Part shown: piece after piece, positions 26,866 through 35,540 of the stretch
Layout: the number at the start of each line of letters is the position of its first letter
Numbering within the stretch: position 1 is the first letter of the stretch
NCBI GenBank assembly: GCA_030647005.1
Contig: JAUSKG010000034.1
Coordinates: 4,050-68,049 of the forward strand
Direction: 5' to 3'
Length of the DNA: 64,000 nt
Source: a bacterium
GTDB lineage: Bacteria > Patescibacteriota > Patescibacteriia > JACPHY01
The notes under the pieces: model-generated
Seen by the model: only the letters and a program-made list of their open reading frames with translations
What the model was told of the DNA's origin: nothing
Databases searched by the model: none
Position numbers and translations under genes: made by a program

Positions 26866-27336
26866 ATGTTCACGATTCAACCACACACCATCGTGGTGAC
26901 TTGCATCGCAGTGCTCATTGGGAGTGCGTGTGGCACCACGCGGATCGTCTCGCCGCAAGCGGCGAACGGGTACGCGGAGTTCCATTCGGACTCCGGGTAC
27001 TTCCCCTCAACCGAAAACCCGGGTGCGCAATGGAAGCTGCTCGCGGCCGGTATCCGCGACATCGAGTGGGCGCGCGCGGATGCCGCATACGTGCAGTCCC
27101 TGCGACTCGTCGGCGCGGAGATGGCATCCAGCCAGCACCAATTCGCGGATGTCTACGCGTCCATCGGCATCCTCGCCGACCACATCCGTGGACTCCAGGC
27201 GAACGGACAGGCGATGGGCCTCCCCACGCAGGACGCGCAGCTCGTCCAAACGCTCACGGAGTGCGCGACGGGAACATGGTCTGACGTCTGCGCGCAACTC
27301 GCGCAGGAGTTCGAGCGAAGCGAGGCGGCGCGATGA
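26866..27336 (+). CDS. putative lipoprotein, hypothetical
   Basis: Start MFTIQPHTIVVTCIAVLIGSACGT (lipobox-like LIGSAC) with an AAGGAG SD. The track ORF starts 18 codons upstream. Confidence 0.5.
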   Translation: MFTIQPHTIVVTCIAVLIGSACGTTRIVSPQAANGYAEFHSDSGYFPSTENPGAQWKLLAAGIRDIEWARADAAYVQSLRLVGAEMASSQHQFADVYASIGILADHIRGLQANGQAMGLPTQDAQLVQTLTECATGTWSDVCAQLAQEFERSEAAR

Positions 27337-27881
27337 TGCGATTCATGGTCATTGTCGTCTTCCTCCTCACGGCGTGCGGGACCGCAAACCAGCAGGAACT
27401 CACGAAGCTCCGCCTGCAGCTCGCTGGCATCCAAGCCCGGAACGCCACGCTCACGGCGCAGCTCGCACAGCGGCCGGCTCCTGCGCAGACCGCGACCGAG
27501 CTCCACACACGTCCGCCGCTCCGCGGGGACATTGACTCGCGCGAGGAGTTTTGTACGGGGGCGATGTGCCTGGAGGTGTGGAACGGCTCAACGTTCCCCA
27601 TCACCGAGCTGTTCGTGGACAATCGGCCGGTCGAGCTCCACTCACACCGCGGACCCATCCTCTGGCCCAAGAGCAGAGTATACATCTTGCTCCACCGCCC
27701 GGGGTTGCACACCATCCAGGCAACACTCACGAACGCCGTGCACGTTCCGGGCGGTGCAATTCCAACCGGCGTGAAGGTTGGCGAGTGCCACGGACGTCGC
27801 CAGGTTCCGCTCACCATGGATGAAAATCTTGGCGTTGCGCGTGTACGACTTGGCCAAGGCACCTGCAATTTCGTCCAGTAA
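27333..27881 (+). CDS. putative lipoprotein, hypothetical
   Basis: MMRFMVIVVFLLTACGT (lipobox LLTAC). Its start overlaps the upstream stop (ATGA). Confidence 0.5.
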   Translation: MMRFMVIVVFLLTACGTANQQELTKLRLQLAGIQARNATLTAQLAQRPAPAQTATELHTRPPLRGDIDSREEFCTGAMCLEVWNGSTFPITELFVDNRPVELHSHRGPILWPKSRVYILLHRPGLHTIQATLTNAVHVPGGAIPTGVKVGECHGRRQVPLTMDENLGVARVRLGQGTCNFVQ

Positions 27882-27945
27882 ATTATACCGTAGGATAGAA
27901 GACACCCCCCAATCTCGGGGGGTGTCTCTTCATGCATAACCGTAG

Positions 27946-28338
27946 CTATCCACTCGTTGCTGTTCTCACGCGACTCAAAACGAACGCTGAGATTGCAAAA
28001 GCGGCGAGCGTGACTACCAACCCAATGAGTGCGCGACTGAAGGTCTCCTTCGCCTTGGTCACTTTGGTCTCTTCGCTCCCTGCGGTCATCCAGAGGAATC
28101 CGCCATACACCACGAGTCCAAAGAAGATAATACTAACGAGCTGGAGCAACCCGTTGACGATCCGTGTGACAAGGATGATAGGCGAGGAGGGATCGGTAAT
28201 GTATCCGGCACCAAGACCGATCTGCTGACGCTGTTCCTTGATATCGTCTTTAAGGGATGCCACCGCGATAGAGGGAAGAACCGCAAACACCGCGCACCAC
28301 ACGAAGATGTTCGCGCAGACCGTCCGTATCATCCGCAT
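27946..28338 (-). CDS. TrbC/VirB2-like (T4SS-type) pilin-family small membrane protein, paralog 1 of 7
   Basis: Signal peptide, then a TM helix with the conserved motif VVYGGFLWMTAGSEETKVTKAKE, then a second TM helix. Confidence 0.65.
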   Translation of the reverse strand: MRMIRTVCANIFVWCAVFAVLPSIAVASLKDDIKEQRQQIGLGAGYITDPSSPIILVTRIVNGLLQLVSIIFFGLVVYGGFLWMTAGSEETKVTKAKETFSRALIGLVVTLAAFAISAFVLSRVRTATSG

Positions 28339-28390
28339 TCCCAGATGTGTGTGCTGTGGTGCGTGCATACGTCAGGAGGTTGCTGCAGCA

Positions 28391-28777
28391 CTACACCACG
28401 CCAGACGCAGCGACAAGACGGTCAATGATGAAGAAGGAGAGCGACCATGCGGCGAGTACGATTGCCAAACCAATAATGGAGCGGCGAATCGTCTCCTTTG
28501 CCTTCTCAACCTGCGGTGCCTCTCCGCGCGCGGTCATCCAGAGGAAACCCGCGTAGACCATTTGCACGAAAAAAATGACACCAAGCAATGAGATGGCGGC
28601 CATGACGATCTGGCCAATGAATACCGCCAGGGAAAACTTGTCCGTGATCACGCCTCCCCACCCAGCTTCCGCTCCTACGTCTTGCAGGCGTTCCAGTATC
28701 GAACCAGCATACACACGCACGGGCACCATACCGAACATCACCAGTGCAAGCAGAAAGTGCCGTAGGTGTTTCCGCAT
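28391..28777 (-). CDS. TrbC/VirB2-like pilin-family small membrane protein, paralog 2
   Basis: Motif MVYAGFLWMTARGEAPQVEKAKE. Start at the internal MRKHLRHF. Confidence 0.65.
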   Translation of the reverse strand: MRKHLRHFLLALVMFGMVPVRVYAGSILERLQDVGAEAGWGGVITDKFSLAVFIGQIVMAAISLLGVIFFVQMVYAGFLWMTARGEAPQVEKAKETIRRSIIGLAIVLAAWSLSFFIIDRLVAASGVV

Positions 28778-28778
28778 A

Positions 28779-29165
28779 CTACGAGATCCCCGAAGCGGCC
28801 TCAATGGCCTGCACGACAAAGTACGCAATCGCATACGCGCCGAGTGTGATTGCAAGTCCGATAATGGCGCTGGTGATGGTCTGCTTCGCCTTCTCGATCT
28901 GCGGGGAATCCCCGCGTGCGGTCATCCAGAGAAATCCGCCGTAGATCATGAGCACAAAGAATATCACGCCTACGAGCGAAAGGCCGGTGAGGATGATATC
29001 CGCGATAACAAAATCAATGTCTGTCTGAGCTCTCCGTGTAACATCGAGTTCTAAAAACTTCTTGAGTGCCTCATCAAACACACCCGCCGCTCGCGCGACG
29101 ACTGGCTGCACGATGAGTACCGCCCCCGTGACGATCCCGATGCCGTAGCGCGTTATGGTGCGCAT
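28779..29165 (-). CDS. TrbC/VirB2-like pilin-family small membrane protein, paralog 3
   Basis: Motif MIYGGFLWMTARGDSPQIEKAKQ. Confidence 0.65.
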   Translation of the reverse strand: MRTITRYGIGIVTGAVLIVQPVVARAAGVFDEALKKFLELDVTRRAQTDIDFVIADIILTGLSLVGVIFFVLMIYGGFLWMTARGDSPQIEKAKQTITSAIIGLAITLGAYAIAYFVVQAIEAASGIS

Positions 29166-29169
29166 ACGC

Positions 29170-29625
29170 TCACGCAAAAATGCTCAGTACGAACGCCGTT
29201 GCGGCGAAGGCGAGGCCGATGATGATGATGCCGATGATGGCGGCCTTAATGATGTCCTGGGCCTTCTTCACCTGGTCGGGCGCGCCCTGGGCGGTCATCC
29301 AGCGGATACCGGCGTAGATCATGAGGATGAGGAACGCGACGCCGACGAGCGAGAGTACGTTGTAGATGACAGCACCAACGATGACCTCGAGCGGACGCGC
29401 TTCACCGAGCACCGCCTTTGCTGCGCTATCCTTAAGCCCACACTCCGCGAGACAACGCGCGGAAAGCGTTGCGCGAGCTGCTTCTCCCGCTGCGCCTAGC
29501 TCCGGACAGGTGCACGGTGCTACAGATACAGAAGCTTGAGCGGAGACAGCAGGCGGCAAGAACACCGTCGCGCCAAGCGTGGCGAGGAGTACTGCGGTGG
29601 CGATGGCGGTTGCGCGAACACGCAT
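29170..29625 (-). CDS. TrbC/VirB2-like pilin-family small membrane protein, paralog 4 (Cys-containing N-region)
   Basis: Motif MIYAGIRWMTAQGAPDQVKKAQD. Cys-containing segment CTCPELG...CLAECG. Confidence 0.6.
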   Translation of the reverse strand: MRVRATAIATAVLLATLGATVFLPPAVSAQASVSVAPCTCPELGAAGEAARATLSARCLAECGLKDSAAKAVLGEARPLEVIVGAVIYNVLSLVGVAFLILMIYAGIRWMTAQGAPDQVKKAQDIIKAAIIGIIIIGLAFAATAFVLSIFA

Positions 29626-29650
29626 AGCGGGAACGTTTTTGGAGAGCGAG

Positions 29651-29682
29651 GAACGCGCCCCGATCTTGATCGGGGCGCGTTC
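29651..29682. terminator. perfect palindromic hairpin between pilin paralogs 4 and 5
   Basis: GAACGCGCCCCGATC / GATCGGGGCGCGTTC. There is no clear T-run, so it may be a terminator or a processing site. Confidence 0.3.
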
Positions 29683-29708
29683 CGATCGCGCGATACGAAA
29701 CGGTGATC

Positions 29709-30131
29709 TTAGGTCGTCGCAGTGACGAGGGAGTTGATGACGAACTTGGCGATGGCGAATGCGGAGAGGATGATCGCAAGGCCGATGATGCCGGAGAAGA
29801 TGAGCTGCTTCGCCTTGGTCACCTTGGTCTCTTCACCGCCTGCGGTCATCCAGAGGAATCCGCCCGCGAGGATGATGACAACTGCAACGATGCCCAGGAG
29901 TCCCATGGCGACGTTGATGATCGAGGCAACCGTCGAACGGACATCGCGCGTGCCGAGCTGGATCGTGTTCCCGACCTCATTGATGCCAATGTCAAGTGTG
30001 CCGACGGCACCGACTGCATGCGGCAACATGAGTGCCGTTGCAGCTCCGGCGGCGACCGCAGTGGCGGCAACCTTCCGGAGAGTACTCCGATTGCGCAGTG
30101 ATGCGATGTGCATAGAAGCGATACGTGGCAC
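29709..30131 (-). CDS. TrbC/VirB2-like pilin-family small membrane protein, paralog 5
   Basis: Motif IILAGGFLWMTAGGEETKVTKAKQ. Confidence 0.65.
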   Translation of the reverse strand: MPRIASMHIASLRNRSTLRKVAATAVAAGAATALMLPHAVGAVGTLDIGINEVGNTIQLGTRDVRSTVASIINVAMGLLGIVAVVIILAGGFLWMTAGGEETKVTKAKQLIFSGIIGLAIILSAFAIAKFVINSLVTATT

Positions 30132-30215
30132 TGAGCCGATTCGGGCGAGCTCCTGGAGATCGCGGGACGACGACGCGTGCCTGTTAACAATGCGTGGTTA
30201 TGATGGAACCAATAC

Positions 30216-30584
30216 TCACGAAGCAGACCCCAGTCGCGAGATGATGAAGGTGGTGACGGCGTATGCGGTGAACATGACCGCAATCCCGAGCACCGCCCAC
30301 ACCATGACATCCCTCCCTTTCTTCACTCTTTCAGGACTCCCGGCAGAGGTCAACCACAGGAACCCGCCGTAGATGAACATGAGGAGCGCGATGGAGCCCA
30401 CGAGCCCAAATCCCGCACGAATGACGTTCCCGATGAGCACCGCGATGGACGACGTACCGATCGGGTTCTCGAGGGACGTTGTACTCGCGGTTGTGCCCGC
30501 TGCATGAGCCGCAACAGGAACGAGTGCCGCCACCGCCATCATCCACAGCACTTTCGCACGCATCCACAGAATCATATGCAGCAC
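30216..30584 (-). CDS. TrbC/VirB2-like pilin-family small membrane protein, paralog 6
   Basis: Motif FIYGGFLWLTSAGSPERVKKGRD. Confidence 0.65.
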   Translation of the reverse strand: MLHMILWMRAKVLWMMAVAALVPVAAHAAGTTASTTSLENPIGTSSIAVLIGNVIRAGFGLVGSIALLMFIYGGFLWLTSAGSPERVKKGRDVMVWAVLGIAVMFTAYAVTTFIISRLGSAS

Positions 30585-30639
30585 ATTCTTAGTATACCAT
30601 GAACTCTACGTGGCTGTGTACAAGTGTCACAATGGGGGC

Positions 30640-30734
30640 GTAGCGGAAACCTTTAGGTTTCCATCCGCCTACCCGCGACCAATCCGCCTACAACGAACGG
30701 CCGGATGGAGGCCTGAAGGCCTCCGCTACACCAT
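30640..30734. repeat. structured ~95-nt repeat, copy 1 (two internal hairpins closed by an outer GTAGCGG/CCGCTAC stem); second copy at 55689..55764
   Basis: GTAGCGGAAACC-TTTA-GGTTTCC ... GGAGGCC-TGAA-GGCCTCC-GCTACACCA. The second copy carries the compensatory change GGAGGTC/GACCTCC. Confidence 0.5.
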
Positions 30735-30757
30735 ACAGCTCGCACCTGGTATCGGTA

Positions 30758-30804
30758 TGACCGGGATTGCCGCGTCGCTCGCGGACTCGCTCCTCGCAAT
30801 GACA
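30758..30804. repeat. solo right arm of the MITE-like element (copy D)
   Basis: ATGACCGGGATTGCCGCGTCGCTCGCGGACTCGCTCCTCGCAATGAC. Confidence 0.7.
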
Positions 30805-30821
30805 GGGGGGGGGTGATCAAC

Positions 30822-31391
30822 TCACTCCGTCTTTGGCAGCGTGGACCACTCTACTGCCCAGTCACCAGTGAAGAGCTTCGCGGGCGTGGTTGCTCCAAGC
30901 TGGCCGGTGAGCGCGCCGAGGATGGTGTTCACGAGGAGCCACGCGCCAAAGATGATGACGATGCCGATCGTCGCGTGGACGAGCGTCTCGCGCCCCTTCT
31001 TTACCTGCTCCGCGCTGCCGGCTGAGGTCACCCAGAGAAACCCGCCGATCGTGAACATGAGGAGCGCGAGCGATCCGGAGATGCCGAAGATAAACTTGGA
31101 AACCTGCACGACGATGACCACGAAGTCCGCGAGCACGCAGTTCCCGTAGCAGAAGCAGTTCGCGCTCGTGAAGAGTATCGGTCGCGGATTCTCCTCGGTG
31201 GGCGCATCGAACCGCGCGCGGCACTGCCCCGTCGGCTCGCTCGCGTTCACCCACTCGCCCTCCGTATTCTGCACCGCGACGGTCGCGCGCTTCCGATCCG
31301 TATCCACGCCCTGCGCCCACACCGCGAGCGGCGCGACGACGAGCGTCGCGAGCGAAGCAATCACCGCAAGCGTCAGCAGGCGTCGCAGCAT
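30822..31391 (-). CDS. TrbC/VirB2-like pilin-family membrane protein, paralog 7 (extended Cys-rich N-region)
   Basis: Motif MFTIGGFLWVTSAGSAEQVKKGRE, preceded by an ~80-aa region with CRARFDAPTEENPRPILFTSANCFCYGNC. Start MLRRLLTLAV. Confidence 0.6.
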   Translation of the reverse strand: MLRRLLTLAVIASLATLVVAPLAVWAQGVDTDRKRATVAVQNTEGEWVNASEPTGQCRARFDAPTEENPRPILFTSANCFCYGNCVLADFVVIVVQVSKFIFGISGSLALLMFTIGGFLWVTSAGSAEQVKKGRETLVHATIGIVIIFGAWLLVNTILGALTGQLGATTPAKLFTGDWAVEWSTLPKTE

Positions 31392-31405
31392 ATGAGATTT
31401 CTCCA

Positions 31406-31428
31406 CTCGCGGACTCGGTCGAAATGAC
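31406..31428. repeat. solo terminus of the TCATTTCGAG-subfamily palindromic element
   Basis: CTCGCGGACTCGGTCGAAATGAC. Confidence 0.45.
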
Positions 31429-31441
31429 GTTCTAGGCATCA

Positions 31442-32911
31442 TCACAGCGTCTGCTGAATCTTCTGCGCGGCGAGCTGGAGCGCGCGGTTGATTTCAATGG
31501 TATCCGAATACGCATCGCGGACGAGCTGCACGAACGCCTGCTCCGCACCCTCCGCGTTCTTTCCATGGTACCACGTCCGCGCGGTGAGGAGCTGGTTTGC
31601 GAACACCTTGAGGTCAACGTCCTGCTGCTGCTCGCCCACGAGCGATCGCAGTGCGGTGGGACGCTTGGCCTGCTCGAGGAACCGACGCGTCACCTGCGGC
31701 TGCGTCGTGATGTAGGTGAGGAAGTCCCACGTCTCGTTCGGGGCACTCGTGCGCTCGGAGACCGCCTGGAGCCAGAAATCCGCGTAGGTAATTGCCGCAC
31801 CCTGTCCACCCGGCACGACATCACTCCCGATAACGCTCCCGGTCTGCGGGTCTACGGCGGCGGCAATGTGTGGCACCGCACTCACCGAGAGATTCAACTG
31901 CGGTGCGCGGCTGCGGATGATCGGACGGTGGTAGCTGTAGCCAAAGAAGTACGCCACCTTCCCCTGGAGGAACGCCTCAAGCGCGTCGGGCTGGTCATCG
32001 TTCCACGAGTAGACGAGCTTGTTCGGGTTGGCGAAATCCGCGTAGTACGCGAGCGCGTCTGCCGCCGGCAGCGACGTGCGTCCCGTGATGCCCGCCGGTA
32101 GGAGGTGGAACGACGGCACGCCGCGCGCGATCATCTGCGTCCCGTTCTGCATCATGAGGAGCGAGAGGATATCGAACGACCGCGGGACGTTCCCCATCGT
32201 CCCGAGCGCGACGCCGGACTGGAGGATCGCGCCATCCGCAGCGACGCGCGTGAGACGCGGCACCTGCTGCTGGAGTTCTGCCCAGGTCTTTGCAGGCACC
32301 GGAATACCCCCCGCGTTCAAGAGGTCACGGTTCGCGTAGAGCACGAGCGTATCCACGTAGAGTGGCAGACCGTAGACGGCATCTCCCCCCTCGCGCGGGA
32401 GCACGACATCCGACACGACGACGTCCAGGAAGAGGTCGCGGAGCGTCTGCGGGTTGGGCGTGGTTGTCGCGCGGAGCTCGCCCACCTGCTCCTTGCGCAC
32501 TGTACCCGTGAGCGTGACAAACGGCATGGTGACGACGGACGGCGCGGGGAGGAGCTTCGACTGGTACCGCCGCGTCCACGTCGCGGGAATCGAGATGATG
32601 TCCGGTCCGGCGAAGTCGCCCTCGGAAAGCGCGTCGAGGAGTGCGGTCTCATACTCATCGAGCCGGAGCTTCCGGTAGGTGATCTGCACATGCGGGTGAA
32701 TCTGCCGGTACGCGTCAATGAGCGGGCGCACGTCATCGCTCGTCTCATTGACCCCCCACCAGACAAGATTGACCGGCCGAAGCCGCGCTGCGACCTCCTG
32801 CGGAATCGCGTCCCGCACGCACCCGGCGCCAAGGAACACTACGGACACGGCGATGAGCGCAATCGCACGGAGCCGTGACCAGCTGCCTCTTTGTTCTTGT
32901 CTGTGTTGCAT
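31442..32911 (-). CDS. extracellular solute-binding protein (ABC-transporter SBP family-1-like), probable lipoprotein
   Basis: Start MQHRQEQRGSWSRLRAIALIAVSVVFLGAGC (lipobox). ~490 aa with periplasmic-binding-protein-like composition. The track ORF extends 16 codons into the upstream repeat. Confidence 0.55.
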   Translation of the reverse strand: MQHRQEQRGSWSRLRAIALIAVSVVFLGAGCVRDAIPQEVAARLRPVNLVWWGVNETSDDVRPLIDAYRQIHPHVQITYRKLRLDEYETALLDALSEGDFAGPDIISIPATWTRRYQSKLLPAPSVVTMPFVTLTGTVRKEQVGELRATTTPNPQTLRDLFLDVVVSDVVLPREGGDAVYGLPLYVDTLVLYANRDLLNAGGIPVPAKTWAELQQQVPRLTRVAADGAILQSGVALGTMGNVPRSFDILSLLMMQNGTQMIARGVPSFHLLPAGITGRTSLPAADALAYYADFANPNKLVYSWNDDQPDALEAFLQGKVAYFFGYSYHRPIIRSRAPQLNLSVSAVPHIAAAVDPQTGSVIGSDVVPGGQGAAITYADFWLQAVSERTSAPNETWDFLTYITTQPQVTRRFLEQAKRPTALRSLVGEQQQDVDLKVFANQLLTARTWYHGKNAEGAEQAFVQLVRDAYSDTIEINRALQLAAQKIQQTL

Positions 32912-32920
32912 ACTAAGTGT

Positions 32921-33036
32921 GTCATTGCGAGGAGTCCGCGACGTGGCAATCCCGGTCATCGGCGCACCAATCCGACAACAACAGTATACGCATCCTTCCG
33001 GTGATGACCGGGATTGCTTCGTGGACTCGCAATGAC
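32921..33036. repeat. MITE-like palindromic element copy E (variant core)
   Basis: GTCATTGCGAGGAGTCCGCGACGTGGCAATCCCGGTCAT-CGGCGCACCAATCCGACAACAACAG...-ATGACCGGGATTGCTTCGTGGACTCGCAATGAC. Its core resembles copy G. Confidence 0.85.
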
Positions 33037-33062
33037 ATGGTCATGAGGTTTTGCAAAATGGG

Positions 33063-33932
33063 CTACGCTAATGTCTTCTTCAGGAATCGTCGAAAATCCT
33101 TCTTGAGCTCCGGGTGCTTGAGCGCGAGTGCGACGTTCGCCGAGAGGAACCCGAGCGGGTTGCCGCAGTCGTACCGATCGCCGTCAATCTCACGCGCGAA
33201 AATTGGGATGCTGCGGTCGAGTGCGGTGATGAACGCATCTGCGAGTCGGATCTCACCGCCCTTCCCCGCGCGCTGGCGCGTGAGGATCCGGAGGACGTCC
33301 GGCGTGACGACATACCGTCCAATAACCGCCAAGCGCGACGGCGCGTCCGCGGGGTGGGGCTTCTCGACGAACGTTTCAACAGCATGGACGCGATCGCCCG
33401 CGGGCGTTCCCGCGATGACACCATACTGGTGTGTCTCGCGCCGCGGAACCTGCGTCACAGCGATGACCGATCCACCGTACGCGTCGTGGGTATCTATGAG
33501 CTGCGCGATCCCCGGGCGTTCCGCGACGATCATGTCGTCGCCAAAGAGCACCGCGACCGGCTCGTCCGCGTCCACGAACGGGAGCGCGGAGAGGATGGCG
33601 TGACCGTCGCCGAGCGGCTTGGACTGGCGGACGAACGCGAACGAGGCGAGCTGACCGATCCGCGCGACTTCCTTGAGGAGTGCGCGCTTGCCCTGCTGCT
33701 CCAGGCGGTACTCGAGCTCGAAGTTGCGGTCGAAATGGTCCTCGATGGCGCGTTTGCCGATGGCGGTGACAAAAATAATCTCGCGGATGCCCGCCGCCAC
33801 CGCCTCCTCCACGATGTGCTGAATAATCGGACGATCAACGACGGGCAGCATCTCCTTCGGCTGCGCTTTCGTCGCGGGCAGGAATCGCGTGCCGAGTCCG
33901 GCGACAGGAATGATGGCCTTGCGGATGGACAT
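33063..33932 (-). CDS. galU: UTP--glucose-1-phosphate uridylyltransferase
   Basis: MSIRKAIIPVAGLGTRFLPATKAQPKEMLPVVDRPIIQHIVEEA is canonical GalU. ~289 aa. Confidence 0.9.
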   Translation of the reverse strand: MSIRKAIIPVAGLGTRFLPATKAQPKEMLPVVDRPIIQHIVEEAVAAGIREIIFVTAIGKRAIEDHFDRNFELEYRLEQQGKRALLKEVARIGQLASFAFVRQSKPLGDGHAILSALPFVDADEPVAVLFGDDMIVAERPGIAQLIDTHDAYGGSVIAVTQVPRRETHQYGVIAGTPAGDRVHAVETFVEKPHPADAPSRLAVIGRYVVTPDVLRILTRQRAGKGGEIRLADAFITALDRSIPIFAREIDGDRYDCGNPLGFLSANVALALKHPELKKDFRRFLKKTLA

Positions 33933-34026
33933 GGAGCGTATGTGACGAAATGCGGGGAGCTCGTGTGTCCCCATCCTCTATGGTATAGTATAGCGCAAAG
34001 GAGACCCCGCGCACGAGTCGCTCATC

Positions 34027-34947
34027 ATGCACGCCCACCCTATGCCGTCGATCCTCCCATTTGATCGTCACCAGGAGCCGAAACCGGAGCGGACACGCCG
34101 TGAACGCCCGGCCGCACGCGGCAATGACATCGCCGCAGAACTCGAAGAAATCCTCGGCATCGCCGAGCTCACGGAGCCCGACATTGATGCCGTGGATATC
34201 GTTCCGCCCGGGTTTGACGTCACACTGACGGAGCGCGAACGGGACGACGCGGAGGACACGACGCTGACCGACGCGGCGGAAGCGATCGAACCAACGGAGA
34301 TCACACCGCCCAACGCCGGAACGAGCATCCACAAGGCGCGCGAGGCAAAGGAGTTTGCCGAACGGCTCCAGGCGTGGGAGCACCACGGCCCGACGATGCT
34401 CGCGCAGACCGCAAAGGGGTACGAACGCATCCTCCGCGAGCTGAGCGCGGGGACGGCGGTCGAACCGCAAAAAATCTCAAACATCCAGGGCAGACGCGAT
34501 GCGTTCACGCGCGCGAAGGACATGGACGATGCGGCGACGATGGAGCGCATCATCGCCGAGGATCGCGCGTTCAAGCAGCTCGCGATTGCCGCGCTCGAAA
34601 TGGTGCGCGGCCAGGTGGAGCGGAGTCCCATCCCGGAGTCCACGCTCACCGAGTGGGAGCGCATGGGCACCGGCGAGCTCGAGGCCATCCGCGACATGTA
34701 CGCGAAGGGTGTCACGAAGCACGAGGACCGCGTGAAGCGTTCAACGATGCAGCCGGCGGAGATCTCCCGCGCGTACAACCTCCGCGAGACCTTCGTGCGC
34801 GCGCACGCGACGAACCAGGCGCGACTCGCCGCGATCGTCCTCGAGGACGACGCGTGGTACAAGCGCGCGGCACTCGATGCGATCAACGATATCCTCGCGA
34901 AGCGACTGCTCGATGCGAGCGACCGCGCGCTGCCGCTCGCGAGCTAA
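34027..34947 (+). CDS. hypothetical acidic protein
   Basis: 306 aa, D/E-rich, with plausible codon bias. The overlapping minus-strand ORF 34068..34886 is Ser/Ala-rich antisense. Confidence 0.45.
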   Translation: MHAHPMPSILPFDRHQEPKPERTRRERPAARGNDIAAELEEILGIAELTEPDIDAVDIVPPGFDVTLTERERDDAEDTTLTDAAEAIEPTEITPPNAGTSIHKAREAKEFAERLQAWEHHGPTMLAQTAKGYERILRELSAGTAVEPQKISNIQGRRDAFTRAKDMDDAATMERIIAEDRAFKQLAIAALEMVRGQVERSPIPESTLTEWERMGTGELEAIRDMYAKGVTKHEDRVKRSTMQPAEISRAYNLRETFVRAHATNQARLAAIVLEDDAWYKRAALDAINDILAKRLLDASDRALPLAS

Positions 34948-34957
34948 AACGATCTTC

Positions 34958-34983
34958 GGCGCTCCCGCGCCAGCTTCGGAGGG
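34958..34983 (+). repeat. 26-nt dispersed repeat GGYGCTCCCGCRCCAGCTTCGGAGGG (copy)
   Basis: Immediately 3' of the 34027..34947 stop. Other copies at 6552..6577, 36188..36211 (reverse) and 40661..40682 (reverse). Confidence 0.5.
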
Positions 34984-35045
34984 ACAAACCAGAAACACAG
35001 AGAAACGACCCCGCGAGAGCGGGGTCGTCTGTTGGATGTGCCATC

Positions 35046-35540
35046 CTACGGCACCATGCGGAGGCGCGAGCGCCGCTGCGCGCGATCGTAGCACTCCGCG
35101 AGTCGTCGCTGGAGCACCACCGACTCGCGCACGAGGTGCTCCGGCGCGTAGCCGAACACGAGGATCGCGGCGATCGTGCTCTCGTGGCACTCCACCATAC
35201 CGGCGATCACCTGCGTCACCATCTCCGCGCCCTCGCACCCATCGGCATCGAAATACGCGGTGATGCATTCCCGAATGGGCTGCTCGAGATCGCGCACCAA
35301 CATGCCTTCACGCACCGCGACGCAGATGCGATCGCACAGGAACGAACCCGCGGTGAGACGTGTATGGAGATCACACTCGAGCGCGGCGGCGTAGAGCAGG
35401 AACGATTCGTTCGCCGGAAAACATCGGATCCCCATCTGCAGACACTGGAGCGCATCACGGTATGCGCCGCGTCTCCGATGAGTGGAGGCGAGCTCGAAAA
35501 GCTCCGCTGCGCGCTGCGCGAGATAAATGACGACTCCCAT
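35046..35540 (-). CDS. hypothetical protein (helical; paralogous to 35709..36107)
   Basis: Start MGVVIYLAQRAAELFE with a GAGGAGG SD. Shares an ...AYRDALQCLQMGI... type pattern with the neighbouring gene. Confidence 0.45.
   Translation of the reverse strand: MGVVIYLAQRAAELFELASTHRRRGAYRDALQCLQMGIRCFPANESFLLYAAALECDLHTRLTAGSFLCDRICVAVREGMLVRDLEQPIRECITAYFDADGCEGAEMVTQVIAGMVECHESTIAAILVFGYAPEHLVRESVVLQRRLAECYDRAQRRSRLRMVP

Noticed and set aside
30610-30816. 68-aa plus-strand ORF covering the structured repeat and solo MITE arm
   Set aside because: It is translated entirely from repeat DNA and has no RBS.
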